Below are positions 51,018 to 61,295 of a stretch of DNA of 64,000 nt, in pieces. Every line of letters begins with the position of its first letter. Position 1 is the stretch's first letter. A program made the translations under genes and the position numbers. Source of the stretch: Phoronis australis (lineage: Eukaryota; Animalia; Phoronida). Location: contig NMRA01000026.1 in NCBI GenBank assembly GCA_002633005.1, forward strand, positions 1,508,710 through 1,572,709, given 5' to 3'. The notes under the pieces were generated by a model. That model worked only from the letters and a program-made list of their open reading frames with translations, was not told where the DNA came from and did no database searches.

Positions 51018-54000
51018 TCAGGACTTAGATCGACTGCGAGAAGGTGACCTGGAAGCTCGTCTCTGGGGACTAGCACTTCTACTAGGACTTTGTCTCCTAC
51101 GGTTGGGAGATTGACTGCGACTACGACTTCGACTATACGACCTCTGCCTCTGCCGTCTGTATGGTGACCTTGACCTTGATCTGGAGTAGGACCTGAAATT
51201 TTGGAGGTTTGACAGGCTGTGTGAAAATGACACAATGGCAAATTGGTGGAGACAATTAATACATAAATTTAAGACTAAATAAAAGTATTTAATGAATCTT
51301 GAACAGAACTGAGTCAGTCAGGTTTTAAATGATAATCAACAAGCAAGTTAACACTAGAGATTAAAACTGACAACCTACCGTCCGTATCTGCCTTGAACTC
51401 CTCCTCCATACCGCCGAGGAGGACCTCGGCGCTCATTGGCAGGCCTGTCGTATTTCGCCATGTGCACTCTTAGCTCTCTGCCCTCCAGGATTTCACCATC
51501 CAATGCTTTAATGGCATCTTCTGCATCCCGTCTGTGGTAGTATCGGACAAAAGCAAAACCTGTAAAAGATGTTATGGTTATGCCAATGCAATTAAATACA
51601 AGTTTAGCTTGGTTCCGCTTCCTTTCCTAATCAACGATAAAACAACACTAAGCCTGTAACAGAAAATAATGCACTTATAATGTTATCTCAGCCATGCCAA
51701 GTGTTATTTAATCTTTCTGTACAACAGGGCTTGGAATGACCAACGACAGAAAACGCGGAAAATTTTACAATTACGGCCCAAGACATGCGCGCTGCCCGAT
51801 GTGAGCCTTCGCCGACAAAAATCGGTAGGAAAAAAAAAAAAAAAAAACGTTACCACCATCAGTAGCATGCGTCTGCGTCTTTTTATCTCGTCCATGCACT
51901 TCTCCACTCCCACCCCCACACATTTTTGGCTGCAGAGCCGTAGTATTTGTCACCGTGGTTAAAAATCACACGAGTCGCCAATGAAAATCCCAACACACTA
52001 TCCCAGATGCCCCGGCAATGTTGACAATTTACATTCCTCCGAAACATAAAGAGCAACTTCCGCTTTTCGAGGTGAACGTCGTCGGCAACGCCGCGGTAAG
52101 AAAGGAATTTGCCGCGGAAATTTTATATCAAATCCGATTTTTTTACGCGGAAATATAATAAAATGCGCGGACAGAACATTTGGAAAAAGCGGAAATCCGC
52201 GTTTCCGCGGAAAATTCCAAGCCCTGGTACAAGTCAGCAGCAAGTACTTCCAGAAATGTTACAGGATTCCTTCTCGACCACCACTTGCTATCACCAGTGA
52301 CCTCTTTTCTGAAAATAGGAACAAGGGGGACTTGAGCATCATTCAATGTCAAATTCTAGATACAACACAGGTGTCAAAAATCTGATGTGTCTGTTTACAG
52401 ACAGTGGCTGGGAAATGGGCCAAGATTTTGAAATCTGTCACATAAGTCCACTCAGATAAAGGCAAATCATCAAAACCAATAAACAATTATGCACAGAACT
52501 GTATTTTGGACATTTATGTTTTATTTGATATATAAAGTGAGTTTGAATTTGGAGTAGATAAAACCATTATAAAGTCATTGAATAAATAAAAGGTTTATGT
52601 TATGTTAATGACATTTTTTCCACTTAACTGCTCAATGCTATCAGATGGATACACCACTACATGGCACCGCAGCTGTACAAAGTGTGTGGTCAGAGTTTTT
52701 TTTGAAAATTTACATTCCCAGTTTTGGAATCCTGTATAAACACCTGCTTCTAAGGTCTCCCTTTATGCATAAAGGTACTTAGTAACATGACTTTGATAAT
52801 TTAATCACTGTGAGGCATAATTCCCCGAAAATCTTCCATCGTATGGAAGGCCTATGGGATGGCTACCGTCTCTACTGCCAGTTGAGACAGTGTCACAGTG
52901 GTACTGTGTACTCCGCTGGTCGCTAACTTTACATGATATAAGTGTACGAGGTAACAAGCTGAAGTACCCAGCTGGGGTGAAATTTCGAGGTCTATGTGAA
53001 GTTAACACATAGCAGTTTCAAGGATTTTGATGTCGGTCTTCATATAGCCTAGCTGGTGGGCTAACCAGTACTGCAGATTGCAATACTCAGTGTTCTCCAC
53101 GACCTGTTTTGACTCGACGCGGTAAGGAGTTTGGATTTTGCCGCGTTGAGTTTGGGGAAAGCGCTTCAAGTTTAAAAAGCTGCGTCAGGTTTAAAACCTT
53201 GGCTGGCTTGGCACTTCAGCCCTCAGCATCAAATCAGAGCCTGATTTTACCAACAGCAAACATAGATCACTTTACTAAGAGGCAGTTAACAGTACCGGGT
53301 TCGCCATAATAAGGCGCCCAAGGCGGTTAGTAAAATTCGTTTTGGGGGTGAGGCACTTATTGTAACCCAAGGCGGTTGAAACCCGGTTTCCAAAATGGGT
53401 GAAATCAGAAGCTACGATTCATCAAATTTACGCTGTGTGATGTATCTATAGCCTATGACAGACTTTCTACAAAACTGTGGTGCATTGCTATCAAACTTCG
53501 TTGTTAACTTACGATTATTTCATAGAAAATTGTGCTGAAATCCTAGGGCGAAAACTTGATGATGCGCCACTGCCTCGCGATCGTCGAAAGGGCAGCTTGA
53601 ATACAAATATAGTTTCGACTCAACAAATTACCTGAAATCCTTACTTAAGTTTTCCAAATAGCGTCCCTAACATTTTAAGTTTCTGTGAAGTCGGGATTAA
53701 GAACAAGATAGGTTCAAATCTGCGCAAGATCGTACCCAGCAACATGAGAAAAATCTCTGGACGAACACACTTCGTAGTCACGTGACCTTTGTTTTGAAGA
53801 TCGTCTGCGTGTGTGAGTGAGCGAGCACGTGCATGTCATCAGCCTTCATTTGCTGGTGTAAAAAGGTGTGCATTGAAACTAAAGAAATAACACAAGCAGT
53901 ATCAAAACGTGCGAGAATTGTCTCGGTAGGGCCTAAGGTCGAATGTCATTGTATCGCCGGGTGACTGGATGGGTGACAGGAGTTATTTTTCGCGAGATTC

Positions 54001-55826
54001 GGGGGCACAGGTGTCCCCTATCAGTGGGGCATTTTACCAGGTTTTTACTTTAAAAACACCAATTACGAATATATTAAACAAGTGGTTAATGAAGCAATCC
54101 TTTTTAAAAATAACGCAACAGTTTTACAGCATTAGAAACTTTCTGAAATTAGTGCCAATATTTATTTTTTGCCGATATGCTACCCGTAGTTTCATAGATA
54201 GTTCCCAAAGACTATTAATGTCTGCGATGACAAGTGACAGGTATGTAGCACAAGCTTTCTGGCCATGTGCTTTTAACAACAATTTTTTTATTCGCAAGAC
54301 AGTCTTTTATTCGCAAGACAGTCGTCAGCTGAATGGGCACTTCGAGTATGATTCGCGGTTTTCACGTGTAAGCCCTGCAAAGTGTCAAAAAGTAGGTCAC
54401 ACCTGACCAGTTCAGTGTACATTTTTGAAAGATATATACCATAAATACCAAAAGTGGAGATGTTAATGCTATAGATTAAAGACAGTGTTGACTACTGATA
54501 TAGAACTCAATTTGCGTCGAGTTTGGAATTTGGTATTGTGGAGAACACTGATACTGCCAATGGGATTGGCCGAGAGAAGCCCAACTTGTGATTTTAATTT
54601 AGGAAACACAAATGAATGTTGCCCAAATTAATATTGTCTGATGGAGTGAAGGCAAACACCAAGCTGAAGGAGAGACAAGAGAAACAGAAAATTCAGTAAT
54701 TGTTTACAATGAGGACATTGACCTACACACATGACTTTGTTACCGTTAGATTCCTCACATCGTTATCATTCCAAAAATATATGAAACTGTCTCCTATTCT
54801 GTTCCCTTAGTATTTTATCGTCAAATTTCTGCTCGCACTATTTCCCGGTAGTGATACCGTCATGGCGCCATGTTGAATGGAAGGAGCCATCTGGCGGCCA
54901 AAATCTGAACCAATCTACAGACACCTATACTTTGCAGTTCAAACTGACAGAGACTCGTCGACCTTGGGCCCAAGCTACGGTACCAAAGGTTCGACCCTCA
55001 TTACAAGAATCCAAGAAAAAGGGATTGTTTTCGAGGTACAAATTCGTGAAAAGGGAATCACTTCAGAGAATTTCATGGAAAAGAGGCCAAATGATCACAA
55101 TTCTAAAACTTTGTGGAAAAGGGTGAAATGCTGCCCCTTGTTGCTCCATGTTATCTCAAGAAAACTTTAGAGGGAATATCGCGGGCAAACATCATTCAGA
55201 ATCGATGATGCTGCTTCATTCATTAGCAACAGGTGTCGCTCTAATCTTGAGTTGAGCGAACATGAGGGTGAAAACCGGGAAATTGTGCGAGCAGAAAAAC
55301 GATGATGAAATAACTTGAGGAAACGCAGTAGGGGACATTCATATATTTTTGGAACAACGAGAGCGCTAGGTGGAATCGAACAAAACCAAAATCATGTGAG
55401 TAGGTCAATGTAGTCATATTGCAAATAATTACCAAACATTTAAAATAAGAACTTCAAAGTGAAGCCATGATTTGAACATGTTGAACTGGCAGAAGAAACC
55501 GACTGGTGATTTCCCAGCCGATCAGCCAAGGCAAATGGCATAACATTTGACCACAGCACTTCTGCTAATATTATCACCTCACTCAATAAGGATGAGGCCT
55601 ATGCAAATTGCAGAGGTAAAACAAAACTCGTCAAGCTGAGAAAATGATGAAAGAGGGACCGAAGATTACCGCGGCTTTCGTAATTTCTGTCACGTGGGAT
55701 GTAGACATCGCCAACTTCGCCGTATCTTTCGAATGTTGTTTTCAAAGTTTCTGGATGAGTCTTGTACGATAGATTGTCTACTTTCAGACTAACCATCCCT
55801 TCAATGCTTGGCGGGCCTCGACTCAT
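51018..55826 (-). CDS. SRSF2: Serine/arginine-rich splicing factor 2 (SC35) paralog B, 170 aa, 3 coding exons
   Basis: Exons 55826-55670 ([53 protein letters not shown]), 51559-51379 ([53 protein letters not shown]), 51192-51018 (RS domain, stop). 513 nt in frame; same intron positions and phases as paralog A. Confidence 0.93.
51725..52226. mobile_element. CAG-ended MITE with 6-bp TSD (hAT6-like)
   Basis: TIRs CAGGGCTTGGAAT / ATTCCAAGCCCTG; TSD GTACAA; repeated subterminal CGCGGAAA motifs. Confidence 0.75.
53088..54550. mobile_element. CAG-ended element with 5-bp TSD containing a nested copy of the pogo-like/HIRAN element
   Basis: TIRs CAGTGTTCTCCAC / GTGGAGAACACTG; TSD ATACT; subterminal ACTCGACGC motifs; nested segment ~53295-54370. 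Confidence 0.7.
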
Positions 55827-55984
55827 GGTGCAAGGTTAACAAACGTCTCCCACTTCTTGCCGAAAAACCGCCGACACCACCAAGCCAAAAATGGCTACCA
55901 AGCGACGTAAGTTAACGATTAACAACGGAGACCAACGAACAACGTTATAAACAAAAGTCATGTGACGTGCTGCCAGCAACCCAA

Positions 55985-56051
55985 TAACCTGGTTCCCGGG
56001 CCTCACAAGCTGACGTCACGGATTGCTTGCGAGGGTCTGTGCAGGATACTA
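55985..56051. mobile_element. 67-bp micro-transposon of the same family with 9-bp TSD upstream of SRSF2-B
   Basis: TAACCTGGTTCCCGGGCCTCACAAG...TCTGTGCAGGATACTA flanked by GCAACCCAA at 55976-55984 and 56052-56060. Confidence 0.7.
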
Positions 56052-59000
56052 GCAACCCAACTGATATTTTAGTGCTTTCTGGGAGTAATATTGGTCCTAG
56101 GTGCTTTTGATGTCAGTGCACTTGTTCAACATAACAATTCTTAGGTTTTTGTTGGAGAAAGTTCTTTGGCAATGAAACATGGCCCCGCGGTGTCCTCAAC
56201 GTACGGTCTTTACTAGTATTATTAATCGCAGACAAAATAAATTCTATTTTGGTTCCGAGTTCGCCTTTGACACATTTCCGGTCGGCTTTCGGATGCCTAT
56301 CGACTAGTGAGACTCGTGCGAGACTACTGGGCCACTACTGTCAAATTTACTATAAAATCTTTGCTACTGTGAAGATTTTTGTTTCTAAATCTCGAATAAT
56401 CGTCATTGTTGAATATTCGCCAGAACTTACTGCTTCTGACGGTAATTTTTTGGAATAGTTATGAAATCAGTCCAGAACAATCATACACTGACCCATCATA
56501 GATGCAGCTTTTGTTGTAAAATTGTCAAAACAAATACCGTCGGTGGTCAAATGGAGGTTTATCGGCAAACTCAAAATCTGGTACGCTATGCCTACTGAGT
56601 ACTGAGTATAAACTTCAGTTGGAATCTGATGGCACCGTTAACACCAAACCGCGGGGAGAGGCATTCATTGGAAAGACTTAACTGCTGAGCCGGCCCATCT
56701 AGACTAGCTCGAGGCATTGAGCCGGCCTATGAATTTTGAACTGGTCGGGAAACCTCGAGAGAAAAGTGTCTCACTTTGTCCAAGCCAGTTTCCCCGCCTT
56801 GTGTTTAGAAAATTATTGTGTGAAGCCGACCCCGCGGCCGGCACCGCGCCGGGACTATAAATAACAGCTCAAGTACAAGGCTCTGTAGGGCGCGAATGAG
56901 CCATCGATAACTCCGGTCTTTTCATCCTATATAGCTTTTATTGAGCATAAGAGAGGCAACAGTTTTCTTGTGAAGCTAGCCGGTTCGTCGTCTACGTGTC
57001 CGGGTCTGAGATTTGTCAGATATGCATGTCCGGCCTATAAAAAACTTCAAGTTAGCGGGCCATTAATGGATGTGTCCCGCCGGCCTATAACAAACTTAGG
57101 TCATTGATAAGGGCATTTCAACTGCCCCTTTGTTAGAAAGTAATAATTACATTAATTATTTCCACCAGAATTAGGTTTCATTGGAAAAAGAAAGAGTATG
57201 GTAATGTGCTGTCGGCACTGAGGTGATCGGAGCCCCAGCGGTCGAGTAGGGTGTAATTTGTAAACGCAAATGAGTCATGGGTAGCTCCTCGGTTTTGCAC
57301 TCGAATGCAAGAAGATGGGATTCATCGCAACCACATTTGATTTGTAGAGTTATGTAGTCCTTTGAGAAAACTTAATTAACTAAATTTGATCTGTGCACTG
57401 GTCGCCCCGCCCCAATTTTACCTTTTTTGCGTTTGCATGTGTATCTTTAGACCGAGTATATAGACAGATTTTCATAGCATTTGAAATTCTGTTGTACAGT
57501 GTTCCATCGAAATTGGAATCCCAGTATAAAACATGCATATATCCCAGAGTCGAAAACAGACTCCTGCACCTTCAAAACAACTAAGCATCCCGAAAAACAC
57601 GAACCCCCTACCTTTAAAACAGGAATCTCGGGATCGGACAGAAAAGTCGGACAATTTTTCGAATTTTCTGAGACGATGTCAGTAGCCTCAAACTTTGACT
57701 TTTGAGTGCCATTGCCGATTAATTCCTTTACATATCTTTACAATTGGCCACACTTTAGGGTTCGTCGATTAACTTGTCGAGAGTACATTATCAGTTCCGG
57801 CACAATCAATTTCCAGATTTTAATTTTAATTCAATTATCCTATTTAGAATTTGAACAAAAATCATTTAGAATCATGTTCGTGGCCTAGTGCTACATTACA
57901 AAATTCCAAGCCCACTACGTGTCTCTGCCAAAAAGTGACTCAGAACAGTTGCTCCCAGTTGTCTCGAGCTTTTAGTTCAGTGAAATTTAGAGCCAGTAAC
58001 CCATTGCAATTCGATATCAGACTTTTCAGGCATTGGCGGATTTGGGGGAACAGGCCCTCCTCCCCTATGGCCACGAACAACAAAAAAAGGAACGGCGCAT
58101 CATATCGGTTATAGGACCTCCGTGTCTTTTTTCCTTTGAAACTATGGTTAGTCCCTCTCGCAACATCCTCGACCCACCAGCTGACTGTCATGATTTTACA
58201 GAATGCATCATACTTTTTCAAAAGCCTACAGCGAAGCAGCTACTGTTTTGACACAAAAACACTTTAATAATATTTTTTCAAAAATCTGACACAACCCAAG
58301 TAAAATTTTGTTTCTGCGAATTCCTGCAAACAATCGACAACCAACAGTTTATGGTGCAAGCACAAAAGCAACTGTAGGTTGCTATCAGTGGCGTCGAGAG
58401 GGGGGGGGCCAAGGGGATCCACAGCCCCGGGGCCCGTGTGAGTAAAAGACACCGTCAGCGAAATCAAAAAACACCAAAAGAAAAACAGCACTGTAGTACA
58501 AAAGAAAAAAATTGCAAGGGTTTGGGCCATTCGGCTTCAGTTGAACAAAGATTAAGCCTCTAGATTTAGAATTTGAAACCATAAGAAGAATGTCTCTTTC
58601 CTCATTCATGACTCTTATTCAATTATCCTGGTGTCACCAATGGTACGAAAGTCGAATCAAAATGTAACATCCTTAAGTTGAAAATTTACCTGCCAGTGTT
58701 ATTGCAAGTCAAGAATGTTTTCCGTTCCACCATGTGTCAAAATCAATTGAAAAGTTTAGTAAGTGCAGAAACCTCCTTCACAAGGATGTTGGATTTTGTC
58801 TCAATCATATAACCTTTTACTGCATCGAAATCCTGCTAAACGCCACTGAATGTGTAATAGAACTAAACTGTGAATAGACTCACTATGAAAATGAAGAATT
58901 GAAAAAAAAAATATTTGCATAGTTTTAATTATTTTTAGTCGTAAACCTACAAGAAAAAATGGGGGATGTGTGTGTATGGGCTCTTGTGACAAACGATTGT

Positions 59001-59366
59001 GTTGGTGCGTGTCATTCTATGCTCGTATGAATGATTTTCGTGGTTCGTGCACATGATTTTTGTTCGCATGTGTGTTTTTTGGGAACTTATGCATGATTCA
59101 TTGGTTCGTAGGTGGCTAGTACATATGATTCTATGGTATACCTGATAACGATATCTTAAGAAGTCTTGCGTGCTTACATTTTCGGGAGACGCGTTTTCGG
59201 AACACACGTCCAACATAAAAAGACTAGTTACAGGAACCAGAGCCCGGGTGTATAAAACAGTTCCAAATAGGTATTCAACCTGCCTGTGTTCCTCTAAGTT
59301 TTCACAACTTTTGTGGATTTGTGCGAGCGCCGATTGATCTCTTTAATGCTGTTTTATGTTCGTAAC

Positions 59367-59509
59367 CAGGGGAGGATCCGGATTTTGAGTTAAGGGGGGC
59401 CAGGACAGAGTATTAGCCAGGATTTTGCCCGTCGGACATTCGCAGCTCCGAACTGCCAAATGGAATCTGGGGCCATGGCCCCCTTGGGCCCCTTCTAAAC
59501 ACGCCACTG
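59367..59509. mobile_element. Inverted copy of the short CAG-ended element at 14578-14739
   Basis: Reverse-complement similarity across its length; flanks GTAAC / GTTAC. Confidence 0.7.
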
Positions 59510-60276
59510 GTTACTGTGTCAATTTTTAACTTTGATACAAACCGAGAGCAAACTCTATGTCGAACTGTTTAAAACACTGAAAATAAATAGGAAACTTTTC
59601 AAGCCACGCACATAGTTTAAGGTATAAGTCTTTATTTGTTTTTTTTTTATTGAAATAAAGGCTAATTTTTCGAATGAAGTCTAAGAAAATGTCATGAGTT
59701 AAAGAGGAGCTCATGTCAAAGATAAATAGATAGAATACATAACATTTTTGAATTTATACAGACACAGACGCCTCGAAGATCTAGGGAACTTAGCTGAGTC
59801 CCTATTGCGGAATAATTAATGCAAACGGCCACAGTAACATTTCCAATTGCCTACACTAAAGCTCGAGATCTCTTGCTAGAACAACATTACCCCTATGGAC
59901 ACTGCAGCCAAACACAGGCTCCTTTTGCGACAGTGGTAACTTGATCATGTGCTATATCTATCCATGATTTGATGACATGATGATCGCAAACCTTTATAAC
60001 TGTGGGAAAACCCACATGAACGCTGTCATCCTCAATCGCTATCAGGCGACAAGGCCTATAATTGCGTTTTATGTTCCTATATACGCCGAAAAATGGCTAT
60101 TGATAAGGGCCGACTGGGCTGCATTCGTTTGACCCAAGTGACTCACGAGAAAAGCTAGTGCCATCAAGTGTTTCGGTTGCAAAGAATAACAATTATTTTC
60201 GCGTAGTTTTGCGTTATTTTGCTTTTTCACAAAGCTTCGCGTCTACGGAGCGCAGCTTGAATTAGATCTGACGTAA

Positions 60277-61100
60277 AAGAAGAAGAAAATACATTAATTA
60301 CAGTGACCAGTATTACTTGAACACTCAGCCCACTGGGCTTATTAGTCAAAACACAAGAACACCAATGCACATACACAATTTGATATGAAGTTCAAAACTA
60401 TTTAAGAAACTAAGTGAACAGAAAAGTTTTTCGTCTGTTAAAAGCACCTTCTATATATCTAGCTAGATCATTACAAAAATTTGTCTTCTGAACTTAACAG
60501 GTCGAAATCCTGGAGAATAAGTGTGATTTTATCAAACATCAAAATTCTTAAATCTTTGCAAAAAGTACAATGGCAAAGAAAATGAATTTCATCTTCAACA
60601 GCGTGCAAATTACAAAGCAAACAAACTCTAAAAAATCAGTGTTAGAAAACCTACCAGTTTCAATATGAGGTGGGAGATTTCCAAACCCAAATTGTGATAA
60701 ATCTGATCTTCGATATCTGGTCAAACAGGAACGTAAGTAGTTTTCATTAAAAAAGTTCTTTTTAAAAATTTTGTAGGTTCTTAGTTTAGGTGGTTGAATA
60801 ACAGTATTTTTCAAATCATCAACCACAGTCTTGGTGAGATTTTTTTTGGAAAACAGTGATATCGCATTTAATTTTGGATTCAAATATATTATTTAGCTGA
60901 CAAGAATTGAAAATTGTTTTTATATGGGAGGGCCAATTTGAATTGATTTGGTTATAGTTCCCATTCAAAAACTTTTCTGGTAAGTCCACAATTATAACTC
61001 GAATACTCTATTCCACAGACGAACCATATTCAGGTGACGATTATATCTCGGGGAATCTAACCCAAGTCACCTCTCACGGCAGCGATAGGAGCGTTGGACA
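60277..61100 (-). mobile_element. 3' remnant of a non-LTR retrotransposon (CR1/L2-group ORF2 C-terminus)
   Basis: ORF 60548-60883: KLRTYKIFKKNFFNENYL...RRSDLSQFGFGNLPPHIETGRF, then frameshifted C..C...VEDEIHFLCHC zinc-knuckle-like motif and a simple-repeat (TTC) tail. Confidence 0.75.
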
Positions 61101-61184
61101 TCAAAATAATACTTCATAACTCTGCTTTGTATAAAGTTAAACAACTAAAATCTAGAAATCCAGAGCAATCAAGGTACCTAAACC

Positions 61185-61295
61185 ACACGGTTAACGGACT
61201 CATAAACACGGTCACGGACGCATGAACACGACTCACGGACCTGCAAACACCTTCCCCTGACTCACAAACACGGGAACGGACTCAGAAAACACGAT
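61185..61295. repeat. Degenerate 21-bp tandem repeat (ACGGACTCATAAACACGGTC-like); inverted relative at ~38950-39075
   Basis: About five units with recurring CACGGAC...AAACAC. Confidence 0.6.
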
